Source: Owenweeksia sp.
GTDB taxonomy: Bacteria > Bacteroidota > Bacteroidia > Flavobacteriales > Schleiferiaceae
Reading direction: 5' to 3'
Assembly (NCBI GenBank): GCA_048267305.1
Contig: JBLWXT010000011.1
Location: forward strand, 65,453 to 129,452
DNA length: 64,000 bases
Shown: in pieces, positions 49,991-59,280 of the stretch
How positions within the stretch are numbered: position 1 is the stretch's first letter
How the letters are laid out: every line of letters starts with the position of its first letter
Made by a program: the position numbers and the translations under genes
The notes under the pieces: model-generated
What the model saw: the letters and a program-made list of their open reading frames with translations, nothing else
Databases searched by the model: none
What the model was told of the DNA's origin: nothing

Positions 49991-50345
49991 TTTTATGGTT
50001 TTATGGTATTTTATATTTTTCCCATTATGAGAAATTTTTTCTCCTTTTGAATAAAGGCTTAAATATACTAAATGCTTGATAAACAGTCTTGCAGACTCGC
50101 TTATTTTGAGTTGATAATTATCTTTAGGTGATATGGTTTTCTTCGGTGGGGCGTAAGCTATTGTTGTAGAGTTGTTTGTAACTCAAAATTGTGGAAAATA
50201 GTATAGTGGAGTGAGTAAAGGCGATTACTTTTTTTTGAACAGATGGACTAGGTTTATTGTGAATATCTACCATTGGTGTTCTGTTATTGAGGATTCATGA
50301 TTGCTAACTTGGACGTATCTAAAAAGTGAATTAACACAACTATTT

Positions 50346-51728
50346 ATGGTCAGGAAAGCAACGAAGCCCTCTACTCCAAAATCAGCCGCAGATTCCGTGA
50401 GGAAAATATTTGTATTGGACACCTCGGTAATATTATTCGATCACAACTCTATTGTAAATTTTGCAGAGCACGATGTAGCCATCCCCATTACGGTGCTGGA
50501 GGAGCTGGATGAATTTAAGAAAGGCAGCGATACCAAAAATTTTGAAGCACGGCAGTTTATCCGTTTCCTTGATAAGAAGGCTGCGGATAAGGGACTTCAG
50601 GATTGGATTAGCCTTAATGGCGGAAAAAAGGGCAGGTTTAAGGTGATAATGAATACCGAGAGCAGTAAGATAGATGCCAATCGGGTTTTTGGAGGATCCA
50701 AGAATGATCATAGGATACTGAATGCCGCACTTCACCTTTCTGAAGAAGAAAAGAAAAAGCAAGTGATTTTGGTGACCAAGGATATCAACCTCCGCTTAAA
50801 GGCCAAGGCTATGGGTGTAAGGGCGGAGGATTATGAAACCGGCAAGGTGAAAGACCTGGATTCTCTCTATACTGGAAAAACGCAAATTGACAATTTTGAT
50901 CAGGAGTTAATCGACTCACTTTATAAATCTCATTCTATTTCTATAGATAAGATAAGGGAAGTGCAAAAAGACTTTACACCTCATAATAACCATTATTACA
51001 TTTTAAAGGGATCAAAAAGCAGCACCCTGGCATTTTACAATGCCAATGATCAAACTATGGATCAGGTGGAGAAGAGAAGTTATTATGGTATAAAACCCAG
51101 AAATGCCGAGCAAACCTTCGCTTTAAATGCCATTATGAACCCTGAAATAAAGTTGGTAAGCCTCTCAGGTGTGGCGGGCACGGGAAAAACGCTTTTAGCT
51201 CTTGCAGGATCATTGGAGCAAAGGAGAGAATACAAACAGATTTACCTTGCCCGGCCCATAGTTCCGTTGAGCAATAAGGATATTGGTTTCCTTCCGGGAG
51301 ATATGAAGGCCAAGATAAATCCCTATATGCAGCCCCTATGGGATAATTTGAAGTTTGTGAAAAACCAGTTTAAGGAAACTGACAAAGAATACAAGCAGAT
51401 AGACGAAATGGTGAAACAGGAGAAACTTTTGGTAACGCCCTTAGCCTATATCAGAGGGCGTAGCCTCAGCAATGTGATTTTTATTGTTGATGAGGCCCAA
51501 AACCTCACGCCACATGAAGTGAAAACCATTATTACCCGCGCTGGTGAAAATTCGAAGTTCATCTTTACAGGAGATGTACGCCAAATAGATACGCCCTATT
51601 TGGATGAGCAATCCAATGGACTATCCTATTTAATTGATAAGATTAAGGGAAATAAGCTTTTTGCTCATATCACTCTTGAAAAAGGGGAGCGGTCGGAGCT
51701 GGCTAATCTTGCCAATGAACTATTGTAA
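50346..51728 (+). CDS. PhoH2-type protein (N-terminal PIN domain fused to a PhoH-like ATPase)
   Basis: PIN-like N-terminus (FVLDTSVILFD...VTKDINLRLKA). The PhoH domain has Walker A GVAGTGKT and Walker B IFIVDEAQN. I prefer the ATG at 50346 over the upstream alternative start. Confidence 0.85.
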   Translation: MVRKATKPSTPKSAADSVRKIFVLDTSVILFDHNSIVNFAEHDVAIPITVLEELDEFKKGSDTKNFEARQFIRFLDKKAADKGLQDWISLNGGKKGRFKVIMNTESSKIDANRVFGGSKNDHRILNAALHLSEEEKKKQVILVTKDINLRLKAKAMGVRAEDYETGKVKDLDSLYTGKTQIDNFDQELIDSLYKSHSISIDKIREVQKDFTPHNNHYYILKGSKSSTLAFYNANDQTMDQVEKRSYYGIKPRNAEQTFALNAIMNPEIKLVSLSGVAGTGKTLLALAGSLEQRREYKQIYLARPIVPLSNKDIGFLPGDMKAKINPYMQPLWDNLKFVKNQFKETDKEYKQIDEMVKQEKLLVTPLAYIRGRSLSNVIFIVDEAQNLTPHEVKTIITRAGENSKFIFTGDVRQIDTPYLDEQSNGLSYLIDKIKGNKLFAHITLEKGERSELANLANELL

Positions 51729-51731
51729 GCC

Positions 51732-52700
51732 TTAAAGCTTTTTCACCCAGTTGGCAATATCATTCGCCAGGTTTTTGGCCAGTGGAAAATCAGGATCTCC
51801 ATAGGAAGCGATGTTTTGTTCCCTGCTGTCGTTCACCTGTTTTAATACATGGTTCATTTTCGGATAAACCTTATATGTAGCTTCAGGTATGGCTTCGGAT
51901 AATGCTTTACCTTCCTCCTGAGAAACCTGGATGTCGCGCCCACCCTGAATGATAAGCACCGGAATATTTAGCTTTTTTAATTCCTCGCTAGGAGTGTATG
52001 CAAAATAGCTTTTCAAATACGGTTGTACTGAGGGTCTTAGCAATGCCGCCAATGCGGGATTAAACTTTGTGATGGTAAAGCCATTTTTAACAGAGTCTAA
52101 TTTTTGATAAGTGGAAATAGCCATTTCTTCGGGAAGGCTTTGCTCCAGCTGGCCCTTGATCGTTTGCAGGGCATTTTGGGCGGGTCCGGCCACACTGATG
52201 TAGCCTTTTACCTTTGCGTTTTGTGCAGCCAGCATTCCTACCAGAGAACCTTCGGAGTGGCCCATTATCACAATTTTTTTAAATCCGAGTTCCTTCATTT
52301 TATCAATAGCAGCCACAGCTACTTTGTAATTATCTTCAAAACGAAGGTCACTCTCTGATTTGCTCATTTGAGATTGAGCAATACCTAATTTGTCATATCG
52401 ATAGGAGGCAACACCCATTTTAAGGAGCGAATCGGCCAATTGTGAAAAGCTGTTATTTGCGCCATCCACCAAAATAGAGTTGCCATTGCGATCAGTAGGC
52501 CCGCTGCCGCTGATAAAAATCACTATAGGCAGCTTGTTGAATTTTTTCAGGCTTTTGCCTGATGAAAGCAAGGTTCCAGAAAGGGTGTCTCCCTCGTACA
52601 CAAAGGGTTGTTCGATTTCCACGCGAACTTTTCCCTTTTGGCTATAGGCGATATTGGCTGAAAATACCAATACTAAAAAACTAAGGACTATTTTCTTCAT
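51732..52700 (-). CDS. Secreted alpha/beta-fold hydrolase
   Basis: 322 aa with a signal peptide and the nucleophile elbow GHSEG. Confidence 0.75.
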   Translation of the reverse strand: MKKIVLSFLVLVFSANIAYSQKGKVRVEIEQPFVYEGDTLSGTLLSSGKSLKKFNKLPIVIFISGSGPTDRNGNSILVDGANNSFSQLADSLLKMGVASYRYDKLGIAQSQMSKSESDLRFEDNYKVAVAAIDKMKELGFKKIVIMGHSEGSLVGMLAAQNAKVKGYISVAGPAQNALQTIKGQLEQSLPEEMAISTYQKLDSVKNGFTITKFNPALAALLRPSVQPYLKSYFAYTPSEELKKLNIPVLIIQGGRDIQVSQEEGKALSEAIPEATYKVYPKMNHVLKQVNDSREQNIASYGDPDFPLAKNLANDIANWVKKL

Positions 52701-52710
52701 AATGATGGAT

Positions 52711-52746
52711 AAAAAAAATCCCGATTCATTAATGAACCGGGATTCT
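52711..52746 (-). terminator. Rho-independent terminator after pckA
   Basis: The minus strand reads ATCCCGGTTCATT/AATGAATCGGGAT followed by T8. Confidence 0.8.
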
Positions 52747-52768
52747 AATTTATAATAATAAAAGGATA

Positions 52769-54382
52769 TTAAACCTTTTCAGCTACAGAAGGAGCGCCTG
52801 CCAGAATTTCTTCGCTGGCATTATCGGCAAACTTCTCGAAGTTGGCATTGAACTTTTGAGAAAGATCATTAGCTGTTTTGTCATATTTTACCTTATCATC
52901 CCAGGTATTTCTAGGATGCAAAATATCACTTGGCACATTAGGGCATTCGTTTGGCATAGCCAATCCGAATATTTCGTGATTAGTATAAGCTACATTATCC
53001 AACTCACCATTAAGTGCTGCTGTAATCATAGCACGGGTAAAGCTAAGCTTCATGCGCTTACCTACTCCGTATCCACCACCGCTCCAGCCAGTGTTTATCA
53101 ACCATACATTTACACCGGCATCTTTCATTTTCTGGCTAAGCATATCGGCATACTTGGTAGGGTGCAATGGCATAAATGGTGCGCCAAAACAAGCGGAGAA
53201 TGTTACAACCGGCTCGGTAATTCCTGCTTCAGTACCAGCTACCTTAGCGGTATATCCACTAATAAAGTGAAATGCAGCTTGTCCGGGAGTTAATTTTGAA
53301 ATTGGAGGAAGTACACCATAGGCATCACAGGTAAGAAAGAAAATATTCCTTGGATTAGAAGCCAATGAAGGCTTCTGAATATTGTCGATGTGATAAATCG
53401 GGTAACTTACACGTGTATTCTCAGTAATGGATGAATCTTCAAAATCCGCTTCATTGGTATCCTTTTTAAAGGCTACGTTTTCGAGTAGAGCACCTGGCTT
53501 GATAGCCCTGAAGATGTCCGGTTCTTTTTCTTCGCTAAGGTCAATAACCTTGGCGTAGCAGCCGCCTTCAAAGTTGAAGATGGTATTATCAGCCGCCCAG
53601 CCATGCTCATCATCACCAATAAGCTTGCGGTTTGGATCAGCAGAAAGGGTGGTTTTTCCTGTACCACTTAGTCCAAAGAAAAGAGCAGTATCACCATCTT
53701 CACCAACATTAGCCGAGCAGTGCATGCTCAAAACGTTTTTTTGGTGAGGCAGGATAAAGTTAAGGGCTGAGAAAATACCTTTTTTGATTTCTCCGGTATA
53801 GCCGGTTCCACCAATGAGAACCATTTTTTCGGAAAAATTCAAAATGGCAAAGTTGTGCTGTCGGGTGCCATCCGTTTCAGGATTGGCCATAAAGCTTGGA
53901 GCATTGATCAATGTCCACTCCGGCTCAAAATCTTTCAGTTCTTCTTCCGTTGGACGAAGAAACATGTTGTGTGCGAATAAATTAGACCATGGCAATTCGG
54001 TGATTACCCTGATTTTCATTTTGTATCGCTCATCGGCACAAGCGTAAACATCACGAACGTAAAGTTTTTTTCCACTTAGGAAATCACCAACCTTTGTATA
54101 AAGTTGATCAAACTTGTTTGCGTCAAACTTAATGTTGATGTTTCCCCACCATACGGCATCTTTTGTCACTTCATCTTCAACAATAAAGCGGTCTTTTGGT
54201 GAGCGGCCGGTAAATTCACCGGTGTTTACTGATATGGCGCCAAGATTAGATCTTACGGCCATGTTGTTGTCTAAAGAGATTTTTTCAAGGTCTTCTGACT
54301 TCAGGTTCCAGAGAGCCTCAGCATCACTAATTCGATACTTTTTTAGATCGCTGTTAGCTGGTTTAATCTGTGTGAAATTCAT
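52769..54382 (-). CDS. pckA: Phosphoenolpyruvate carboxykinase (ATP)
   Basis: 537 aa with the kinase-1a motif GLSGTGKTTLS and IGDDEHGW. Confidence 0.97.
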   Translation of the reverse strand: MNFTQIKPANSDLKKYRISDAEALWNLKSEDLEKISLDNNMAVRSNLGAISVNTGEFTGRSPKDRFIVEDEVTKDAVWWGNINIKFDANKFDQLYTKVGDFLSGKKLYVRDVYACADERYKMKIRVITELPWSNLFAHNMFLRPTEEELKDFEPEWTLINAPSFMANPETDGTRQHNFAILNFSEKMVLIGGTGYTGEIKKGIFSALNFILPHQKNVLSMHCSANVGEDGDTALFFGLSGTGKTTLSADPNRKLIGDDEHGWAADNTIFNFEGGCYAKVIDLSEEKEPDIFRAIKPGALLENVAFKKDTNEADFEDSSITENTRVSYPIYHIDNIQKPSLASNPRNIFFLTCDAYGVLPPISKLTPGQAAFHFISGYTAKVAGTEAGITEPVVTFSACFGAPFMPLHPTKYADMLSQKMKDAGVNVWLINTGWSGGGYGVGKRMKLSFTRAMITAALNGELDNVAYTNHEIFGLAMPNECPNVPSDILHPRNTWDDKVKYDKTANDLSQKFNANFEKFADNASEEILAGAPSVAEKV

Positions 54383-54418
54383 AATAGGAGATTTGTTTTC
54401 ACTTAAAATTTAGGGTGG

Positions 54419-54426
54419 CAAATTTA
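54419..54426 (-). promoter_or_regulatory. Candidate -7 promoter box (TAAATTTG) for pckA
   Basis: Exact TAnnTTTG, 37-44 nt upstream of the ATG. Confidence 0.45.
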
Positions 54427-54488
54427 GCCTTATTTGATTCACGACATTATTTCACAAGCTAAATCGTGCTATTTTATCGACAAAATTA

Positions 54489-54884
54489 TTAACGACCCTG
54501 CTTAGAACTTCTTATTGCGGATACGAAAATTAAGACCCATCCTGCAATGAAAAACAGTCCGCCTATGGGTGTTACAGGCCCTAAAAAACTAAAGTCAACG
54601 CCCCAAATTGATGAAGTACTAAGGAGATAGATACTTCCTGAAAAAAGAAAGATGCCGGTTATCCAACACGCTACAATAGTCTTTAGGTACTTTAAAGGAT
54701 AAGAAGACAGGCCAAGGGTAAGGAGCGCAATGGCGTGCCACGCCTGATATCGCACGGCAGTTTCAAAACTTTTAAGGCTGTCGGGCTCCAAACGGGCTTT
54801 TAGTGCATGTGCTCCCATAGCTCCTAAAATCACGGCAATGGCCCCAAAGGCTGCTGCCCACGCAATTATATTCTTAGCTTTCAC
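54489..54884 (-). CDS. DUF423 (YgdD-like) membrane protein
   Basis: 131 aa with 4 TM helices and the motif GAMGAHALK. Its start overlaps the upstream stop as ATGA. Confidence 0.8.
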   Translation of the reverse strand: MKAKNIIAWAAAFGAIAVILGAMGAHALKARLEPDSLKSFETAVRYQAWHAIALLTLGLSSYPLKYLKTIVACWITGIFLFSGSIYLLSTSSIWGVDFSFLGPVTPIGGLFFIAGWVLIFVSAIRSSKQGR

Positions 54885-55759
54885 AGGGTGAGATCATTAA
54901 ATTGTTCTTTACTTATTTCATATTCAAATGAATCGCGCAGCGATTGAATGTTGTTCAAATTTTTCCAATGCTCCCTTGTGGCTCGCATAAACTCAAGTCT
55001 GGTATTGTCATACTTCATGGCAGCCAGTATCTTTTTAAGTTCCTCTACAGTATAGCTGTGCTTTTTGCCAAACCCCTGCGCGGCATTCAGCTTTTCAAAC
55101 TCAAATTCGGTTTCTTGCAATTCTGCATAAAAATCAACAAAGGTTTTCTCCTTCTTTACAGGAGGTGGTGGGGGAGGAGCTACAACGGCTACTACAGTAT
55201 CCTTTTTCACAGCTGCTACAGTTGCTGTTTTTGGAGGTGCAGCTTTCGAACTGTTGTTTTTTGCTACCGGTGATGTGGCCGGTACCGGTGTTGTAGTGGT
55301 TTTTGCAGCTGTGGCAATTGGAGCCTCGGCAACAGGTTTCTTTGCAGGAATAACTGTAGCAGGTTTTTCCCTTGTGGGAGAAATCGAGGCAAGTGGCCTC
55401 AGGGGTGTTGCATTTTTGGCATCAATGGTTGTGGCAGTTGCCGGTAACACGTCAGGCTCACCTCTAAACCTTAGCTGAAGCTCATCGCGGCTGTTGGTGG
55501 TTATTATGTATTGATAGTTTCCCTTGGTGTGAAAGTGCATTTTCTTTTCAAAAAACACATTTGGTGAGAGCTCTACTCGCACATTAAAGGGAAAGGTATC
55601 CAGCTTTTTCACCACCAGCTCTTTTACAGGATCGGTATTTTGTACATAGCCGTTAATACCTAACAAAAAACCGGTATTGGTGGCGTCTTCTATTATCAGG
55701 TTTACCTGAGCCATGGAGCTTAGGCAAAGTAAGATTGGGAGTAACCTTAACAGGGTCAT
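54881..55759 (-). CDS. Secreted protein with a Pro/Ala/Thr linker and a C-terminal DUF4476-like domain
   Basis: 292 aa with a signal peptide, a PATV/AAPPK low-complexity linker and a helical C-terminal domain. The family call is tentative. Confidence 0.6.
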   Translation of the reverse strand: MTLLRLLPILLCLSSMAQVNLIIEDATNTGFLLGINGYVQNTDPVKELVVKKLDTFPFNVRVELSPNVFFEKKMHFHTKGNYQYIITTNSRDELQLRFRGEPDVLPATATTIDAKNATPLRPLASISPTREKPATVIPAKKPVAEAPIATAAKTTTTPVPATSPVAKNNSSKAAPPKTATVAAVKKDTVVAVVAPPPPPPVKKEKTFVDFYAELQETEFEFEKLNAAQGFGKKHSYTVEELKKILAAMKYDNTRLEFMRATREHWKNLNNIQSLRDSFEYEISKEQFNDLTL

Positions 55760-55840
55760 TTTTGATCAAATTTAAAGCAAAAGTAAGCCTTAGGGATTTT
55801 CATTTGGATGGGATGGGTTTAATTCTAATTTTGCCATCCT

Positions 55841-57187
55841 ATGAAGAAAATACTTGTGATCGGAGCAGGTCGCTCTACCTATAGCCTCATTAAATACTTA
55901 AAACAACAATCCATTGCGAATGATTGGCAGATTACTATTGCCGATTATGATGTAAAACTGGCCAATGAGCAAGCCGGGAACCACGAACGAACAGAAGCTT
56001 TACAGCTGGATGTTACCAATGATGTTGATCGCAGAGCTGCGGTACAAAATGCGGATTTGGTTATAAGTATGCTGCCGGCTCACATGCACATTAGCGTAGC
56101 TCGCGATTGTGTGGAGTTTGGTAAAAATATGGTTACAGCCTCCTATATCTCTCCGGAAATGGAAGCTCTGGATGAAGCGGCAAAAAAGGCCGGAGTGATT
56201 ATGATCAATGAGATTGGCGTTGATCCTGGTGTGGATCACCTTAGTGCCATGAAAGTACTGGATAAGATTAGGGAAGAGGGCGGCAAGATGTTGATATTTG
56301 AAAGCTTTACCGGTGGTTTGGTGGCGCCCGAAAGTGACAATAATCCCTGGAACTATAAATTTACCTGGAACCCACGTAACGTGGTAATGGCCGGCTCAGG
56401 TGGTGCTGTGAAGTTTATACAGGAGGGGCAGTATAAATACATTCCCTATCATCAGCTTTTCCGTAGAATTGAATTTATTGATATTGATGGCTACGGCCGT
56501 TTTGAAGGTTATGCCAACCGCGATTCATTAAGATACAGAAGCACTTATGGATTGGATGATATCCCAACAATTTATAGGGGAACACTTCGCAAACAGGGTT
56601 TTTGCCGCGCGTGGGATGTGTTTGTAAAGTTGGGGATGACGGATGATAGCTATGTTTTGGAGAATTCTGAGCACATGACCTTCCGGGATTTCACCAATAC
56701 TTTTCTTTCCTATAATCCGCACGATTCAGTAGAGCTTAAACTGATGTACTACCTGAGCATTCCACAGGATTCTGAACTGATGGAAAAACTGGAGTGGATT
56801 GGCATATTTGAAAAAACCAAAATCGGTTTAAAAAGGGCCACTCCGGCTCAGATTCTTCAGCATATATTGGAGCAAAAGTGGCAAATGGAACCGGAGGATA
56901 AAGACATGATTGTGATGTTTCACAAGTTTGGCTACGAGCTAAATGGCCAACAGAAAATGATAGAATCCTCAATGGTTAGTATTGGGCGCAACAGCCGCGA
57001 AACTGCCATGGCACGTACAGTAGGTTTGCCTGTTGCCATTGCTGCCAAGCATATCCTTAACGGGAATATCACCACCCCGGGAGTTCAAATCCCTATTTCA
57101 AAAGAGATATACGAACCGATGCTCGCGGAACTTGAAGAGTACGATATAAAATTCACCGAGAAGGAAGTGGAGTATAAGGGGTATTAG
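55841..57187 (+). CDS. Saccharopine dehydrogenase family protein (LYS9-like)
   Basis: 448 aa with the Rossmann motif ILVIGAGRS and conserved GVDPGVDH. Confidence 0.85.
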   Translation: MKKILVIGAGRSTYSLIKYLKQQSIANDWQITIADYDVKLANEQAGNHERTEALQLDVTNDVDRRAAVQNADLVISMLPAHMHISVARDCVEFGKNMVTASYISPEMEALDEAAKKAGVIMINEIGVDPGVDHLSAMKVLDKIREEGGKMLIFESFTGGLVAPESDNNPWNYKFTWNPRNVVMAGSGGAVKFIQEGQYKYIPYHQLFRRIEFIDIDGYGRFEGYANRDSLRYRSTYGLDDIPTIYRGTLRKQGFCRAWDVFVKLGMTDDSYVLENSEHMTFRDFTNTFLSYNPHDSVELKLMYYLSIPQDSELMEKLEWIGIFEKTKIGLKRATPAQILQHILEQKWQMEPEDKDMIVMFHKFGYELNGQQKMIESSMVSIGRNSRETAMARTVGLPVAIAAKHILNGNITTPGVQIPISKEIYEPMLAELEEYDIKFTEKEVEYKGY

Positions 57188-57291
57188 GGTGTGGTTGTGA
57201 TGGGCCAGCTCCATTTGCCGATGTCCAATCTTTAGATTTTCAAACCCCATTGATGAAGAAGGTATTTGAGTGTAGCGAGCCTTTATGAGCG

Positions 57292-57999
57292 TCAAAAATC
57301 CAAATGAAACTGCTCCGTCATTTTGGTGTACTCCAAAGTGTATTTACCATGCTCATCTCTTAGGATGAAACTTGTTTCACCTACAATCCCGTTTTCAAAC
57401 CCCATCTCCACCAGCCATCTCTTATCCTCCGCGCCCGGTCTGCCAAAGACTTTGGTAATACGTGAAGGGAAAATAGAATGAGTTTCCGCTAAGGCGATGA
57501 ATTCCTGTGCTTCTGCCTTGGGGAGAACGACTGCTAATGTCCCTTTTTGCGAAAGCAATGATGCCACTCTTTCTAAGAATTTTTCCTGTGGTAAATATTC
57601 TTCATGGCGTGCTCGGTCTCTCTCAGAGTTTCCAGATGAGGTATTGCCTTTAAAGAAGGGAGGATTGCTTACAATTAAATCAAACTTTTTAGTGAAAGCG
57701 TGGGATAGGAAATCAGATTGAATGATTTCTATTCTGTTAGCGAAAGGGGAATTGGCGGCATTTTCTTGGGCCTGTTCGGCTGAGGGCTGATCCAGTTCAA
57801 TTCCTGTAATCTGAGCACTCGGAAATCGTTGAGCCAGCATTAGTGCAATAAGTCCACTGCCAGTGCCAACATCTAGAATGGTTTTTGGATTTTCGGATTC
57901 TACCCAGGCCCCAAGTAATACGCCATCTGTACCAACTTTATGGGCGCAGCGGTCGTGCTCAATAGAAAATTGTTTAAAGCGGAAGGGGGCATGACTCAT
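57292..57999 (-). CDS. tRNA1(Val) (adenine37-N6)-methyltransferase (YfiC/TrmN6-like)
   Basis: 235 aa with FRFKQF.I.HD, DVGTGSGLIALMLAQR and NPPFF. Confidence 0.85.
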   Translation of the reverse strand: MSHAPFRFKQFSIEHDRCAHKVGTDGVLLGAWVESENPKTILDVGTGSGLIALMLAQRFPSAQITGIELDQPSAEQAQENAANSPFANRIEIIQSDFLSHAFTKKFDLIVSNPPFFKGNTSSGNSERDRARHEEYLPQEKFLERVASLLSQKGTLAVVLPKAEAQEFIALAETHSIFPSRITKVFGRPGAEDKRWLVEMGFENGIVGETSFILRDEHGKYTLEYTKMTEQFHLDF

Positions 58000-58025
58000 T
58001 TGAAGATTTGAATATTCGAAAATTT
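57999..58025. repeat. AT-rich repeat TTTGAAGATTTGAATATTCGAAAATTT (left flank of the yefM-yoeB cassette)
   Basis: It shares the words TTTGAAGATT, GAATATTCGA and TTCGAAAATT with the block at 58635-58696, in direct and inverted orientation. Confidence 0.6.
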
Positions 58026-58075
58026 AAAAGGTGGAAAACTACGAACAACAAACCAAAAACAATCGATTCTAAAAC

Positions 58076-58094
58076 ATGTACCACATCCTGTACA
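58076..58094 (+). promoter_or_regulatory. Candidate YefM-YoeB operator: two TGTAC cores spaced 12 bp centre to centre
   Basis: ATGTACCACATCCTGTACA lies 31-49 nt upstream of the yefM ATG. As I recall, the E. coli yefM-yoeB operator uses paired TGTACA cores. Confidence 0.45.
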
Positions 58095-58124
58095 ATATTG
58101 ATCTTTGTAAAAATATTGCAAGTA

Positions 58125-58379
58125 ATGGAAGCAACAAACCTCACAGATTTTAGAAAGAACCTTAAGGCCTATTTTGAAATGGTTTTTAATATGAAGGCAC
58201 CGTTATTTATTACACGTTCAAAAGGGGAGGATATGGTGTTACTAAGTAAAAGCGAGTATGACAGTATGCAGGAAACTTTTTATTTGTTGAAAAGCCCTAG
58301 GAATGCGGAACGGCTGATGGCAGCTATTGAGCAGGACAAAACAGGTAAGGGTGAGGTGCGGGAACTGATTGAGGAATGA
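58125..58379 (+). CDS. yefM: Type II antitoxin, Phd/YefM family
   Basis: 84 aa and collinear with E. coli YefM (..PLFITRSKGEDMVLLSKSEYDSMQETFYLLKSPRNAERL..). The ORF-track N-terminal extension is rejected. Confidence 0.9.
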   Translation: MEATNLTDFRKNLKAYFEMVFNMKAPLFITRSKGEDMVLLSKSEYDSMQETFYLLKSPRNAERLMAAIEQDKTGKGEVRELIEE

Positions 58380-58630
58380 AGATTACCTTTTTAGATCAGG
58401 GATGGGAAGATTACTTGTACTGGCAAGTTCATGATAAGAGGATGTTAAAGAAAATCAACACTTTGCTTAAAGATATCAACCGGAATCCATTTGAAGGTAT
58501 TGGTTCACCTGAGCCCTTAAAACATAGTTTATCCGGCTATTGGAGCCGCAGGACAAACTTGGAGCATCGATTGGTGTACCGGATGGAAGGGGGCGAAATA
58601 AGGGTGATTCAATGTAGGTACCATTATTAA
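58376..58630 (+). CDS. yoeB: Type II toxin, YoeB/Txe family mRNA interferase
   Basis: 84 aa with WEDYLYWQ..DK...KKIN.L.KD..R.PFEG.G.PEPLKH.LSG.WSRR...EHRLVY......I..CRYHY. It overlaps yefM by 4 nt. Confidence 0.92.
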   Translation: MKITFLDQGWEDYLYWQVHDKRMLKKINTLLKDINRNPFEGIGSPEPLKHSLSGYWSRRTNLEHRLVYRMEGGEIRVIQCRYHY

Positions 58631-58634
58631 TCAA

Positions 58635-58696
58635 TTGAAAATTTGAGGATTCGAATATTCGAGAATTGTAATCTTCAAATTATCGAATTTTCAAAT
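58635..58696. repeat. AT-rich repeat block (right flank of the yefM-yoeB cassette)
   Basis: TTGAAAATTTGAGGATTCGAATATTCGAGAATTGTAATCTTCAAATTATCGAATTTTCAAAT contains direct and inverted copies of the left-flank words. Confidence 0.6.
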
Positions 58697-58714
58697 AAAC
58701 CCTGACAGGGTTTA
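58694..58714 (-). terminator. Hairpin terminator after rimM
   Basis: The minus strand reads AAACCC-TGTCA-GGGTTT followed by ATTTG. A related hairpin AACCC-CGTCA-GGGTT overlaps the rimM stop. Confidence 0.55.
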
Positions 58715-58737
58715 TCAGTAGCTCGGTAGTAACCCCG

Positions 58738-59268
58738 TCAGGGTTGACTCCGATAAAGCTCAATCAACCCCTCAGGGCAATTCAGGTGAATCTCTTGCTT
58801 GTCGCGATCTATAGATTCTATAAACTCATCTACAGCAGGAACAAGGATTTCGGTTTCGCCATCCATAATCTGGAAGAGTGGCTGGGCGCTGGAGTCAATA
58901 ATATTTTGGCAAATACCAAACTGCCCAACGGTAGCATCTATCATTTTAAAGCCTACAACTTCATGATAGTAAAACTGCTTTCCGCTAAGTGGGGGTAAAA
59001 CTTCACTGGGGAGGTAAAGTTCGTAGCCCACCATGGTTGTAGCCTCAGTAGGGGTAACATCTTCAAATCGAAGTATAAAGTGGCCCTTGGAATTTTGGGC
59101 CATTTCCTCAATAAAAAAAGGAATCAGTTCACCGCGGACATCCACGAAAACTGATTCCAATTCGTAATAATTTTGAGGCTGATCGGTATCAAAAACGGCT
59201 ATAACTTCACCTTTGTATCCGTGTAAACGGCTAATGTGGCCCAGTTGATAACAGTCTTCTTTACGCAA
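58738..59268 (-). CDS. rimM: Ribosome maturation factor RimM
   Basis: 176 aa with an N-terminal G....HG.KGEV motif and a PRC-barrel C-terminus. Confidence 0.9.
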   Translation of the reverse strand: MRKEDCYQLGHISRLHGYKGEVIAVFDTDQPQNYYELESVFVDVRGELIPFFIEEMAQNSKGHFILRFEDVTPTEATTMVGYELYLPSEVLPPLSGKQFYYHEVVGFKMIDATVGQFGICQNIIDSSAQPLFQIMDGETEILVPAVDEFIESIDRDKQEIHLNCPEGLIELYRSQP

Positions 59269-59280
59269 AGTCAGGAAATT

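Noticed and set aside
55826-55833. TAATTTTG -7-like box only 8 nt upstream of the saccharopine dehydrogenase ATG.
   Set aside because: It would imply an essentially leaderless mRNA. That is possible, but the motif alone cannot support it, so I did not list it as a feature.
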